A stretch of DNA of 64,000 bases from Nitrospirota bacterium (GTDB lineage Bacteria; Nitrospirota; JACRHJ01). The notes below the pieces were generated by a model that was not told the DNA's origin, did no database searches, and worked only from the letters and a program-made list of their open reading frames with translations. The DNA is taken from assembly GCA_963845245.1 (NCBI GenBank), contig CAWJRJ010000020.1, forward strand, positions 64,001-128,000. The letters are read 5' to 3'. The translations under genes were made by a program, and so were the position numbers. Position 1 is the first letter of the stretch, and the number at the start of each line of letters is the position of its first letter. Positions 42,476 through 53,386 of this stretch are shown here, one piece after another.

Positions 42476-43392
42476 CAGGCGTCCCCCGGCTTCGTTTTCC
42501 AGCGTCTGTGCATCCAGAACCACTGGTCGGGGTAGTCGGTTATAAAATCCTCTATGGCCTTTGTATATGCCTGGGTGTTTGCAATGATATCGGCTTCCTT
42601 GTCGCCGGTTTCTATGAGAGGGATCTCGTCACCAATTATAATCTCGTGCCGGTCGGGCCCGATGCGGCGCAGGAAGGCCGGGATCACAGGCACTTTCGTC
42701 CTTGCCGCCATCAGGGCAAGCCCCTTGTTGGTGCAGGCGGGCCGCCCAAAGAAGTCCACAAACACCCCTTCTTTTGCCTTTACGTTCTGGTCGAGCAATA
42801 TACCGACCGCGTTTCCGGATGCCAGGGTTTTAAGGATATCCCGCATCCCGTTTGTCTTGTTGATTAAATAATTCCCGTATTGGCATCTGAGCCTTGATAC
42901 CTCGATGTCCAGGTATGGGTTGTCCAGAGGCCTTACGACCACTCCTATCGGCGGCTTCATAATAGACTGGGCCAAGGCTATCAGCTCCCAGCTCCCGCAG
43001 TGGCCGGTAAGAAGGAATACGCCTTTGCCTTTGTTGAGCGCTTTTTTGTATGCATCATAGTTCTTTAACTGGAAATGCTTTTGAAAATTTCGTCCGTACC
43101 TCTTCGAAAATATGAACTCGATGATTGAATAACCTACATTTTTGTAAACTGACCGGGCAATACCCTCTATCTCGGTTTCAGTCTTAACTTTAAAGCTGTT
43201 GCGGAGGTTGTCGAGTGTTATATCCCTGTGCCTTTTATCAACCCTGTATGCAAAGGACCCGAGGAGGCCGCCAAACTTGAGCGCAAGCCCGAAAGGCAAA
43301 AGTCTTATCAACGACAGGATGCCCTTCGCTAGTACATATTCGGCAAACAACTTAGCCTTGCCGGCTTTTTTTTTCTTGCGCCGCTTCCTCAT
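42475..43392 (-). CDS. lpxL: Lipid A late acyltransferase (LpxL/HtrB family)
   Basis: GHCGSWE (HxxxxE), LLDQ, FFG, PDQWFWMHRRWK; between lpxK and waaF. Confidence 0.82.
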   Translation of the reverse strand: MRKRRKKKKAGKAKLFAEYVLAKGILSLIRLLPFGLALKFGGLLGSFAYRVDKRHRDITLDNLRNSFKVKTETEIEGIARSVYKNVGYSIIEFIFSKRYGRNFQKHFQLKNYDAYKKALNKGKGVFLLTGHCGSWELIALAQSIMKPPIGVVVRPLDNPYLDIEVSRLRCQYGNYLINKTNGMRDILKTLASGNAVGILLDQNVKAKEGVFVDFFGRPACTNKGLALMAARTKVPVIPAFLRRIGPDRHEIIIGDEIPLIETGDKEADIIANTQAYTKAIEDFITDYPDQWFWMHRRWKTKPGDA

Positions 43393-43395
43393 ACC

Positions 43396-44475
43396 TCAGG
43401 TTCGCTCTCCAGATATTTTATTCAATAAGCCCTCGATCGTGGAGGAGCCTTCGATTATCTCCATTTTTATTCCGAACGCCAGGAAAGGGATATCAGCAGG
43501 GCCAAGCGCCGAAAGCTTCACGGCGTCCTTCTCTGTCACGACAACAAAATCAGCCCCACGTTCCATCGCCTCGGCCGTTATCTCAGACATATCATTACGA
43601 TTGTACAAATGGTGGTCCGGATAGAATTTGCCCTTTAAAATCTTAGCATTAAGGCCGTTAAGAATCAACGGAAAAGAGGCCGGGTCAGCCACCGCCGCTA
43701 CCGGGAAGACACTTCTGCCTGAAAGTTCTTCAGGGCCTACAACCCGATTGTCCCAAACATTGTAGATTGAAGAAGGGCGGTAGACAGCCTTTGCTACGGG
43801 CACTCCCGGCGGAAGTACGGCGGGTCTTGGACCGGCAGAATCGCAACGAGTAAGTACTATCATGTCGGCCCTTCCGGCTGCAACGGCCGGTTCTCTGAGG
43901 TAACCCAAAGGGATGGTGTAGCCATTACCAAACGGGTGGGCGGCGTCCATTAGGAGTATATTCAAGTCACGCTTAAGGGTCAGGTGCTGGTAGCCGTCAT
44001 CTAATACAACTACATCAACCCCGAAACTTTTTACTGCGAGCATGCCCGCCTCGTAACGGTTTGAGCCCATGACCACCGGTACGCCCGGCAGGTTTTTTGA
44101 GAGCAGGACGGCCTCGTCCCCTGCATCAGATGGCGTCATTAACGGGCTTTTGCCGTCCGACACAACGCATGTGCTGCCCTCGCTGGCCCCCTTGTAGCCG
44201 CGCGTGACAACTGCGGGTTTGAAACCCTTATCCTTCAACAGTCCGCAGATATAAATCGTAAAAGGGGTCTTGCCTGTACCTCCTGCCGAAAGGTTACCCA
44301 CGCTGATGACCTTGCATGGGAGGTATCTGGTTTTCAGAATGCCTGCCTGATAAAGGCCGGCCCTGGCACGTACGACAATTGAATACAGGCATGCGGGCAG
44401 ATATAGGGGATAAAAGTAAAAGGGCAGCTTCTGCTCACCCTTCATAACCCCGAGTATATTTAGCGGAAGTCTCAT
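43396..44475 (-). CDS. lpxK: Tetraacyldisaccharide 4'-kinase
   Basis: SVGNLSAGGTGKTP, RGY, GDEA, LDDGYQH, G.LRE, TEKDAVK. Confidence 0.94.
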   Translation of the reverse strand: MRLPLNILGVMKGEQKLPFYFYPLYLPACLYSIVVRARAGLYQAGILKTRYLPCKVISVGNLSAGGTGKTPFTIYICGLLKDKGFKPAVVTRGYKGASEGSTCVVSDGKSPLMTPSDAGDEAVLLSKNLPGVPVVMGSNRYEAGMLAVKSFGVDVVVLDDGYQHLTLKRDLNILLMDAAHPFGNGYTIPLGYLREPAVAAGRADMIVLTRCDSAGPRPAVLPPGVPVAKAVYRPSSIYNVWDNRVVGPEELSGRSVFPVAAVADPASFPLILNGLNAKILKGKFYPDHHLYNRNDMSEITAEAMERGADFVVVTEKDAVKLSALGPADIPFLAFGIKMEIIEGSSTIEGLLNKISGERT

Positions 44476-45759
44476 CCGTAGAGGAATTTCTCAATGAGTT
44501 CGATGTTTCTCTCTAAAGCGCCCCTGTTTTTTACCAGCGTGTCTTTTGCTACTTTCCCAAGCTTCTCAACCCGCTCCGGTTCCTGTATGAGCCTGACAGC
44601 CTCTCTTGCAAGCTGGGTCCCGTCTTTTACCTCAATGCCCACCCCGCAGTCCTTGAGTATTGCACTGATTTCTGCGAAGTTTTGCATATGCGGGCCGAAG
44701 AAGACGGGTTTACCGAATGCTACAGGCTCAAGGACGTTGTGTCCGCCAACCGGCATCATGCTTCCACCTACAAAGTTTATGTCGCCAACCCTGTACATGC
44801 CGGCAAGCTCGCCCATGGTATCCACAAGAAGTATTCCCGGTACCGGTAGCCTCTCCGAAGTCTCCACGCTTCTCAGCCGGTGTTTGAACCCTTCCCGTGC
44901 TATCAAAGATGCCACGTTTGAAAGTCTCTCCGGGTGTCGTGGAGCAAGCACAAGCACAGTCTCCGGGATACTCTCCAGCACACGTCGATATGCCTTCAAT
45001 ATCTCGGCATCTTCGCCTTCGTGCGTGCTTCCGGCAACAAATACGGATGCGGACTCTGGTATGCCAAGCCTCGCCTTGGTGGTTATCTGCCCTTCTTTCA
45101 ATGAGACGCATGCCTGGTCGAACTTGACGTTCCCGGCCACACGGACCCTGTCAGGAGGTGCGCCCAATGACCTTATCCGTTCTGCATCCGCGTGGGTCTG
45201 CATGTTGTACCCGGATACCAACGCCAATACTTTTTTAAAGAAAAAACGGGCGCGGCTGTAGCCTTTGAACGACCGGGAAGATATGCGTCCGTTTACCAAA
45301 ACAGACGGGATATGGTTGTCGCTCAGGACCTTGATAAGGTTGGGCCAGATCTCGGTCTCCACCACGACGAAGATGTCGGGTTTTACGAGCCCAACCACCC
45401 TTTTTACCACTATGCCCAAATCAAACGGAAAATAGAATATGCGGGCATCAGTCGCCAGCTTTGTCGGTTGCAACGGCATTGCCGGTCTCTGTGACGGTTG
45501 AAAAAAATATGGAAATATCGGGGTGTCTGGCCTTCAGAGCCTTGACCATCGGTATAGCGGCCAATGTCTCACCTACAGACACTGCGTGGATCCAGACCCT
45601 CTTGCCCGAAGTCTGACCAAAGAAACCTTCCTTGAAGATTCCGAACCGCTGCCTTATTCCGGCCCTTTTTTTCCCTCTCAGAAGCAGTCTGATCGCCATG
45701 TATGGAAGGAAGACAAAGGAGAATACGTAGATAAGGAGGCTGTAGGCTGAGTATATCAT
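44472..45759 (-). CDS. waaA: Kdo transferase; frameshift at ~45470
   Basis: WIHAVSVGE, T.TG; then PFD, ETEIWPN, GN.KFD, AGSTH.GE, APRHPER, GGHN.LEP. Confidence 0.92.
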
Positions 45760-46405
45760 TCGGGCCTGTCCCACCAGTTGTCCGCTTGTTCGGTTATATT
45801 GCGCAACGAATCTTCAAGTTCCTGCCTCTTTTGTTCCATGACGTCGTTGTCGGCATCCCGGCTGACCGTTATAGGACCGCCATAGATATAGACAATATCG
45901 TTAAAGGGGTACGGTATTACAAAACCATCCCAGGAACCGAGAGTTTTTTTTTCCTTGCGCTATACGTAACCGGGTATATAGGCAGACCTGTGGCCTTCGC
46001 GGCCTGTATTGCGCCGATCTGTGCGACAAACCTGGGACCTTTGGGGCCGTCCGGTGTGAATACCAGGCTGTAGCCTTTGGCCGCCAGCCTTAGCATATCC
46101 TTCAGCGCCGATATCCCTCCCCGGGTGGTTGAACCGCGCGAAGACCCAATCCCAAACCGTTCCATAGTCCTGCTTATGAGTTCGCCGTCTTTGTGCCTGC
46201 TTATCATTACAGATGCCGGCCTGTCCTTTTTAAGGATCGGGATCATCAGCATCCTGCCGTGCCAGAACGCGAGTATGATCTGCTCCTTGTTTACATCCAC
46301 TTCGTTAATGATAACGGACCGGGACGTTATCTTTATAAACCTGATGATTTTGCTGGTGAGCAACGGGGCAAGGTAAAGGATCAGCTTCTCTTTAAATTTT
46401 CGCAT
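45756..46405 (-). CDS. DUF374 / LPLAT-family protein; frameshift in the T-run at ~45945
   Basis: AFWHGR, IS.HKDGE, RGST.RGG, TPDGPKGP; tail SWDGF.IPYPF in another frame. Confidence 0.8.
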
Positions 46406-48152
46406 GTTTGCCCTCCAGTCGGCCGAACTGCATTTCATACAACTTTTTATATATAGCGCACGACTCAAGGAGTTCTGAATGCCTTCCCATGCCGGATACG
46501 ACGCCCTTGTCTATCACCACTATCTTGTCGGCGTTGATTATTGTCGAGAGCCGGTGGGCAATAACGAGCGTGGTACGGTTCTTCATCAGATTCTCAAGAG
46601 CAGTCTGCACTATCCTCTCTGATTCCGTATCAAGGGCAGATGTGGCCTCGTCCAGCACGAGTATCGGACTATTCTTTAAGATGGCCCGCGCGATGGATAT
46701 CCTTTGTTTCTCGCCTCCAGAGAGCCTGACACCTTTTTCGCCGATGATGGTCTCGTACTTCTCCGGCATCTTTTCTATGAATTTATCCGCGTGTGCAGCC
46801 TTCGCAGCGCCTAATATCGCCTCCTCAGAGTATTTCTTAGTCCCATAGGAGATGTTGTACCTGATAGTGTCGTTGAAGAGTATCGTATCCTGTGTGACTA
46901 CGGATATCTGCTGCCTCAGGGTGCGCAGTGAAAACTCCCTTATGTCCACGCCGTCTATCAGTATGGCCCCGCCGTCTATGTCGAAGAAACGCGGGAGAAG
47001 GTTCACGATCGTCGTCTTCCCGCCACCGCTTGAACCGACTATGGCGACAACCTCGCCCTTTTTTATCGTCAGGTTTATGTCTTTCAGCACTTCGTCTTCA
47101 GCTTTGTTGTATCTGAACGCGACGTTCCTGTACTCGATCTTATCCTTTACGCCTTCCGGCCCCTTGATGCCGGTGTCCATGGCTTCCCTCTCGGTGGCCG
47201 TATCGAGTACGTCGAATATCCGTTCCGAGGCTGCAATCGCCTGCTGCATGCTGTTGTGCAGGCCTCCAAGCGTTTTTACCGGGGGATAAAGCATGACGAG
47301 CGCCGCGGCAAATGAGAAGAAGTCTCCGGCCGACAAATCCCCGGCTATTACATGTCCTCCTCCATACCATATTATCAACCCGACAGAAAACCCTCCGATC
47401 GCATCCAATGTCGGCGCGACCCGGCTCCCAACCCGTGCGGATTTCAGATTTATCCTGGTGTTCTCCTGGTTTTGTTTCCTGAACTTTTCCCTCTCCTCGT
47501 CTTCCATGGTGAAGGCTTTTACTATCCTTACACCCGTAAAGTTCTCCAGAAGGATGTTCGAGAGCGTGGCGATGTTCTGCTGGGCCTGCCTGCTTATTCG
47601 CCTCATCCTTTTCCCAAACTTGTCTATGAACAAGCCGCCTATGGGGAAGACCAGCATGGCGATAAGGGCAAGCTTCCAGTCCCTTATGAAAATGACTACC
47701 AACAGGCCGACAATGGTAAATGACTGCTGAAGGAAATCCTTGATCGTGCTGGCGAGGAGCCTGCTCAGGACGCCTACGTCGTTCATCATGTTAGACATCA
47801 GTTTGCCGGTGGAACTGCTGTGGTACTCCTTCAGAGGAAGGTAGACCATGTGGCCGTAAAGGTCGTCTCTGACATCCCTTATCACATACAGTGAGGCGTA
47901 CTGGGTGCAGTATGATTGCAGGTAAGTGAATACGTTCTTTACGATGTACAGCACAATAACGCCGAACGACAGCAGCACCAGATGGGAACCGTCCTTCTTT
48001 ACAAATATATTATCGAGTACGGGTTTTACAAGCCACGCGGTGAAGGCAGTTGTAGAAGACACTATCGAAGTGCAGACTATAGCCAGGATCGTCCATTTAA
48101 GGTATCTTTTTGTGTAGGGCCACAGCCTTCTATACTGGTTTAACTTATCCAA
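46392..48152 (-). CDS. msbA: Lipid A/core flippase ABC transporter
   Basis: TM domain plus GSSGGGKT, LSGGEKQR, LDEATSALD; sits inside the lipid A operon. Confidence 0.9.
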   Translation of the reverse strand: MDKLNQYRRLWPYTKRYLKWTILAIVCTSIVSSTTAFTAWLVKPVLDNIFVKKDGSHLVLLSFGVIVLYIVKNVFTYLQSYCTQYASLYVIRDVRDDLYGHMVYLPLKEYHSSSTGKLMSNMMNDVGVLSRLLASTIKDFLQQSFTIVGLLVVIFIRDWKLALIAMLVFPIGGLFIDKFGKRMRRISRQAQQNIATLSNILLENFTGVRIVKAFTMEDEEREKFRKQNQENTRINLKSARVGSRVAPTLDAIGGFSVGLIIWYGGGHVIAGDLSAGDFFSFAAALVMLYPPVKTLGGLHNSMQQAIAASERIFDVLDTATEREAMDTGIKGPEGVKDKIEYRNVAFRYNKAEDEVLKDINLTIKKGEVVAIVGSSGGGKTTIVNLLPRFFDIDGGAILIDGVDIREFSLRTLRQQISVVTQDTILFNDTIRYNISYGTKKYSEEAILGAAKAAHADKFIEKMPEKYETIIGEKGVRLSGGEKQRISIARAILKNSPILVLDEATSALDTESERIVQTALENLMKNRTTLVIAHRLSTIINADKIVVIDKGVVSGMGRHSELLESCAIYKKLYEMQFGRLEGKHAKI

Positions 48153-49287
48153 GCGACCTCACAATCTCCTCCGCCGCCCGCATGGAGGCCCCGGAGCCGC
48201 CCAGCTTTGACTTTATGTCTTTCAGCTTCTCAGTCATTTCCTGCCGGTACTTTTCGTCCGTGAAGGTTTTGGTCACAAAAGAACTGATGTTCTCTGGGTT
48301 GGCCTCGTCCTGTATTAATTCTGGAACCACGAGCCCTCCAAGCACGAGATTTACAAGGCCTATATATTTAACCTTTATGAGCAACCTTCCGATACGATAT
48401 GTCAAAGGCGAAAGCCGGTACATGATTACCATCGGTTTGTTATGCAGTCCGACCTGTAGAGTCGCAGTGCCGGACGCCACCACGGCGCAGTCCATTAACG
48501 CCATTACCCCATTGGTGTCGCCAGATACCAGTTTTACATCCTTGATGCCTGCAAGGTATGGTTCGAAACTCTTCATGTCAAGCGTGTCCGCCACCGGGAT
48601 GACCGCCTGGAGTTCCGGCATGGAGGATTTTAAAATCCTGAACGCCTCGACCATCACAGGAAGGTGGAACGAAACTTCTTTTTTCCTGCTACCCGGTAGC
48701 AGTCCAAGTACTGGCCTTGTATGGTCGATTCCGAATGCCGCTGAAAGCTCTTCCCTGTCCCTCGTTTCAGGTTGCTCGTCGAGGACAGGGTGCCCCACGA
48801 AAACGCAGTCTACGTTGGCCCCATCATAAAACGCCTTCTCAAACGGGAACACGACCATCATTTTATTTACTAGTCCGGCGATTTTCTTTACTCTGCCCCG
48901 TCTCCAGGCCCATACCTGTGGGCTGATGTAGTATACCACGGGTACGCCGGCTTTTTTTGCAACTTTTGCAAGCCTAAGGTTGAAGTCGGGGTAGTCAATC
49001 AATACTAGCATCGCCGGAGGATCATTCACAAGGATATCCCGCATCTTGTCGAAAGCGCCCTTTATATCCTTGAAATGCGCGAGCACTTCCCATATTCCGA
49101 CGACGGCGAGGGTCGTAATGTCCACGAGAGTCGATACACCGGCCTTGCGCATATTCAAGCCGCCAATGCCGAAAAGCTCCAGGTCTGGCCGGAGCGTTTT
49201 CAGGGATTCGGCCAGGTGGCCGCCGTGGAGGTCGCCGGACGCCTCTCCGGCAACCAGCATTATCCTGGTGCTTCCGTTTCGTGCCAC
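48145..49287 (-). CDS. lpxB: Lipid A disaccharide synthase
   Basis: AGEASGD, IDYPDFN, SPQVWAWR, VGHP, LPGSR, SGTAT, PELIQ. Confidence 0.95.
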   Translation of the reverse strand: MARNGSTRIMLVAGEASGDLHGGHLAESLKTLRPDLELFGIGGLNMRKAGVSTLVDITTLAVVGIWEVLAHFKDIKGAFDKMRDILVNDPPAMLVLIDYPDFNLRLAKVAKKAGVPVVYYISPQVWAWRRGRVKKIAGLVNKMMVVFPFEKAFYDGANVDCVFVGHPVLDEQPETRDREELSAAFGIDHTRPVLGLLPGSRKKEVSFHLPVMVEAFRILKSSMPELQAVIPVADTLDMKSFEPYLAGIKDVKLVSGDTNGVMALMDCAVVASGTATLQVGLHNKPMVIMYRLSPLTYRIGRLLIKVKYIGLVNLVLGGLVVPELIQDEANPENISSFVTKTFTDEKYRQEMTEKLKDIKSKLGGSGASMRAAEEIVRSLG

Positions 49288-49289
49288 GA

Positions 49290-50390
49290 TTATAGACAGG
49301 CCTTTATCGTTTCACATATAAGGTCAACGTCCCCAGGAGGAAGTTCTGGGTAGATGGGGAGTGAGAGGACGTCTTCTGCCGCCTTCTCTGCGACGGGGAA
49401 CGACCCTTTACCGTAACCAAGTTCTTTGTAAGAATTCTGGAGGTGCAGTGGGACTGGATAATATATTGCGGACGCAATACCCTTGTCGGCCAGAGCTTTC
49501 ATTATGGCGTCTCTTTTTGAGGTCCGGACAGTATATTGGTGGTAGACATGGAAATACCCGGTTATCTCCGAAGGGACGGTTATTCCCGGCATCTTGGAGA
49601 GGGACTCGCTGTACTGCATGGCCCTTTCGCGTCTCAGCATGTTGTAGGTCTCTATCTTTTTAAGCTTAACCCTTAGTATGCCTGCCTGAATCTCGTCAAG
49701 ACGGCTGTTGTAACCGACTGTATCGTGGTAGTAACGCACCTTGCTGCCGTGGTTTCTAAGCGAGTGAAGCTCCGCTGCAACCATGTCGCTGTCGGTCGTG
49801 ACCATCCCGCCGTCGCCGTAACAGCCGAGGTTCTTGCTAGGGAAGAAAGAGAAGCATCCCGCGTCCGCAAAAGAGCCTGTTTTCGTAAATTTATAATGCG
49901 CCCCGAAGCTCTGCGCGCAGTCCTCGATGACCTTTAACCCATGCGTATTGGCAACCTCAAGGACCTGTCCCATATTAGCCGGGTGTCCGAAGATATGCAC
50001 CGGGATTATTGCCTTGGTCTTTGCCGTTATCTTTGAGGCAATCATGGCTGCATCCATATTGAGGGTATTCTCTTCTATGTCTACAAACACGGGCTTTGCG
50101 CCTATATAGGATATGGCCTCCGCAGTGGCGATAAAGGTAAACGGCGTAGTTATCACCTCGTCGCCGGGCTTAATGCCTGTTGCGAGGAGGGCCAGGTGCA
50201 GGGCATCCGTACCGGAGGCCACGGCGACCGCATGCTTTGTGCCGATATATTCCGCCACTTCTTTTTCAAGGGCGGCCACGTTCGGACCAAGGATGAAATG
50301 GCAGGAGTCGAGCACCTCCCGGATTTTCAGGTCAAGCTCTTCTTTAATATCAAGGTACTGAGCCTTGAGGTCAACCATGGGTATAGTCAT
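49290..50390 (-). CDS. gnnB: DegT/DnrJ PLP aminotransferase, probable UDP-3-keto-GlcNAc transaminase
   Basis: SGTDAL, EDCAQ, SFFPSKNLG..GDGG, NSRLD; lies between the oxidoreductase and lpxB. Family is certain, gnnB is inferred from context. Confidence 0.78.
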   Translation of the reverse strand: MTIPMVDLKAQYLDIKEELDLKIREVLDSCHFILGPNVAALEKEVAEYIGTKHAVAVASGTDALHLALLATGIKPGDEVITTPFTFIATAEAISYIGAKPVFVDIEENTLNMDAAMIASKITAKTKAIIPVHIFGHPANMGQVLEVANTHGLKVIEDCAQSFGAHYKFTKTGSFADAGCFSFFPSKNLGCYGDGGMVTTDSDMVAAELHSLRNHGSKVRYYHDTVGYNSRLDEIQAGILRVKLKKIETYNMLRRERAMQYSESLSKMPGITVPSEITGYFHVYHQYTVRTSKRDAIMKALADKGIASAIYYPVPLHLQNSYKELGYGKGSFPVAEKAAEDVLSLPIYPELPPGDVDLICETIKACL

Positions 50391-51341
50391 TTACAACACG
50401 CTCCTGCTCTTTATCTCCTGCTGTACACGCATCGCTATTTTCAGCGCTTCACGGCCTTCCCTTCCCGAAACAAGCGGCCTGCTCCTGTCCCTCACCGAAG
50501 CAAGGAATGCCTCGAGCTCGGCCTTCAGGGGCTCCTCTTTAACCACCTTTACCTTGCCGCCTACTATATCTGGCTTCCCTTCCGGGTCCTTCTTGTTAGG
50601 TATTCTGTGGTACGCGTATATCTCCTGGTCCTGATAGTTGAGGGATATATACGTGTCAGGCTGAAACAATCTTATCTTCCGCTCTTTTTTAATCGATATC
50701 CTGCTGGAAGTGATATTAGCCACGCATCCCGACTCAAACTCGATCCTCGCATTGGCTATGTCGACATTTTTTGAGATTACAGGTATCCCCACTCCGCTTA
50801 TCGTTTTTACAGGTGATTTTACCAGGCTCATTATGATGTCTATGTCATGGATCATCAGGTCCAGCACCACGTCGACATCTGTGCTCCTGTCCGGGAATGG
50901 AGAGAGCCGGTTGCACTCGATGAATTTCGGTGTTGTAGTCATCTCAACCATCTTCACAACCGCGGAATTGAATCTCTCGAGGTGGCCTACCTGGAAGATA
51001 CGATCTTTCGCATCAGAAATATTTATAAGTTCGTCGGCCTCTTCAACGGTTACTGTAATGGGCTTTTCGAGGAGGACGTCTGAACCGGCCTCAAAGAATG
51101 CCTTTGCGAGCGCGTGGTGATGTACAGTCGGCGCCACAATGGATACTGCGTCCACTTTTCCGAAAAGTTCCTCATGGTTTTTGAAGGCCTGTGTCTTGAA
51201 CTTCTTTGCAATCTCTTTTGCACGGTCGAAATCGACGTCCACGACTCCGACAAGCTCGGCATTCTTCAGCTCGGAATAAATCCTTGCGTGGTGCTGCCCA
51301 AGATAACCTACCCCAACGACCCCTACCCGTAGTTTTTCCAT
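50391..51341 (-). CDS. gnnA: Gfo/Idh/MocA oxidoreductase, probable UDP-GlcNAc 3-dehydrogenase
   Basis: GVGYLG..HAR, EKP, GHLERFN, DVVLDLMIHDID; between lpxI and lpxB. Confidence 0.8.
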   Translation of the reverse strand: MEKLRVGVVGVGYLGQHHARIYSELKNAELVGVVDVDFDRAKEIAKKFKTQAFKNHEELFGKVDAVSIVAPTVHHHALAKAFFEAGSDVLLEKPITVTVEEADELINISDAKDRIFQVGHLERFNSAVVKMVEMTTTPKFIECNRLSPFPDRSTDVDVVLDLMIHDIDIIMSLVKSPVKTISGVGIPVISKNVDIANARIEFESGCVANITSSRISIKKERKIRLFQPDTYISLNYQDQEIYAYHRIPNKKDPEGKPDIVGGKVKVVKEEPLKAELEAFLASVRDRSRPLVSGREGREALKIAMRVQQEIKSRSVL

Positions 51342-52153
51342 TATATTCCCATTATGCAGATGCCAGATTTGTCGGCTGCCGCCAGCAGTTCTCTCTTCTC
51401 GAGCATCAGGGTCTTGCCGGCTTCAACCGCAAGCACTCTGGCCTTAGCCTCCCTCAATGCCTCTATAGTCCTCATCCCGGTAACAGGTACGTCAAAACGC
51501 ATGTCGTGGCCCTTCCTGCTGACCTTGACGACGACGATGCCGCCCTTTCCGAGTTCCCCTGCTCTCCTGATACAGTTATCAGTCCCCTCCACGGCCTCGA
51601 CAGCAACGACGGAGAGGTCCTTTACCGCCACGCTCTGGCCTATATCGTGGTCAGCAATGACTTTCGCCATTTTGAATCCGAACTCTACATCCGCCAACTC
51701 GGCCTTGTCGGGCTGTCTTTTGGTCATCACGCCCTTATCTGCCAGGTATTCACCCATGTATGTCGTCGAGTCTAGAAGTTCTATCCCGTTTTTTGAAAGC
51801 TCGTCCGCAACCGCTTTCAGGATGGTGTCGCCTTTTTTGTCAGGAAGGCTGGCCCATAGCCTGGCTGAGGTGAGGTCAAGCTTCAGGATGTCCGATGTAT
51901 ACATCCTCCTCTTTACGACCTGCCCCGCCATGATCGCCCTGGTGACGCCTTCGTTCTTAAAGGTACTGATCAGTTTACCGAGCTGGGTTATGCTCAACCA
52001 GTAAACCTTTGAGGCAATTCCTTCGATGGCACGGTCGGTCTCTTCGGATAGAGCAACCGCGACCACTTCGATGCCTTCTTTGACTGCATTTTCAGCCAAA
52101 ATTAAAGGGAACTTGCCGTTCCCCGCGATTATGCCAAGCTTCTCCATTTTCAA
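51341..52153 (-). CDS. lpxI: UDP-2,3-diacylglucosamine diphosphatase LpxI
   Basis: GIIAG.G.FP, DIGQ, EAVEGTD, D.RFDVP. Confidence 0.9.
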   Translation of the reverse strand: MKMEKLGIIAGNGKFPLILAENAVKEGIEVVAVALSEETDRAIEGIASKVYWLSITQLGKLISTFKNEGVTRAIMAGQVVKRRMYTSDILKLDLTSARLWASLPDKKGDTILKAVADELSKNGIELLDSTTYMGEYLADKGVMTKRQPDKAELADVEFGFKMAKVIADHDIGQSVAVKDLSVVAVEAVEGTDNCIRRAGELGKGGIVVVKVSRKGHDMRFDVPVTGMRTIEALREAKARVLAVEAGKTLMLEKRELLAAADKSGICIMGI

Positions 52154-52160
52154 AAGTCCG

Positions 52161-52935
52161 TTACCGTATCACGCCTCTCTTGGACTGCTCTATGAAATCC
52201 AGCATCAGCTCCACTTCCGGAGTCATGGCCTCCTCCGCAAGCACCTTTTCCTTGGCGTCTTTGAAGGTGAGCCCGCTTCTGAAAATGATCTGGTAGGCTT
52301 TCTTGATGGCGGCTACACGTCTCGCTGCTGAACCCTCTTCTTTTAAGGCCGACAAGGTTCAGGCCGTGAAGGATCGCGTGGTTGCCCGCAACGTTGGTAA
52401 AAGGCGGAACGTCCTGTGAAACCGCAGAACCTCCACCTATCATGCTGTGTGCTCCGATCCTGACGAACTGATGGATTGCCGCGAGCCCACCTATTACCGC
52501 ATGGTACCCGATGTGTACGTGTCCGCCCATTTGCACGCAATTTACAATGAGTACATTGTCTTCGACAATGCAGTCATGGGCTATATGCGCGTACGACAGG
52601 ATGAAACAGTCGTTGCCTATTTTGGTAACACCGCCGCCGCCGACCGTGCCACGGTTTAACGTTGCGAATTCCCTTATTTTGTTGCGGTCGCCGATTACAA
52701 GTTTCGTCTCTTCGCCGCCGAATTTATAGTCCTGGGGGACCTCGCCGATGGACGTGAACTGGTATATCTCGTTGTCCTCGCCGATCTCGACAAAAGGCTT
52801 GATGACCGCGTGTGCGCCGATCTTCGTACCCTTGCCGATCGTGACGTTATCTTCGATAATCGCATACGGGCCTACGGTGACGTCTTCCGCAAGTCTTGCG
52901 CCGGGGTGTACTATTGCCGTTGGATGTATATTCAA
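52161..52935 (-). CDS. lpxA: UDP-GlcNAc (or GlcNAc3N) acyltransferase; frameshift at ~52318
   Basis: IHPTA, hexapeptide repeats, PQD.K, HIAHDC, HQFVRIG, GLN.VGL.RRG; tail AIKKAY..IF..SKRG in ORF 52161..52355. Confidence 0.93.
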
Positions 52936-52951
52936 AACGTTCTCCGCATTA

Positions 52952-53386
52952 CTATTCCTTGGTGGTCATCGCCATAAACTCGGCTTCGCACACTACCTTG
53001 CCATCGACCTTCGCCTCGCCCTTGAACTTCCATACCTTGCCCCTGGTCTGGAGGGCTTCTACCTCAAGTACGAGCTGGTCGCCGGGCACTACGGGCTTCC
53101 TGAACTTTGCCTTCTCTATGCTCATGAAATAGACCATGTTGTCATCGTTAGGGTTGGGGTTGGACTTAGACACGAGTATGCCGCCTACCTGCGCCATTGC
53201 TTCCACCATCAGCACCCCGGGCATTATCGGTCTGCCAGGAAAGTGGCCCTGAAAGAACGGCTCGTCCATGCTTACGTTCTTGAGAGCGGTAATCTTCTTC
53301 CCCGGTTCAATATCAAGGACCCTGTCCACAAACAAAAACGGGTACCTGTGGGGGAGTATCTTCTGAATTTCAATTATGTCAAGCAT
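52952..53386 (-). CDS. fabZ: 3-hydroxyacyl-ACP dehydratase
   Basis: [30 protein letters not shown]. Confidence 0.96.
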   Translation of the reverse strand: MLDIIEIQKILPHRYPFLFVDRVLDIEPGKKITALKNVSMDEPFFQGHFPGRPIMPGVLMVEAMAQVGGILVSKSNPNPNDDNMVYFMSIEKAKFRKPVVPGDQLVLEVEALQTRGKVWKFKGEAKVDGKVVCEAEFMAMTTKE

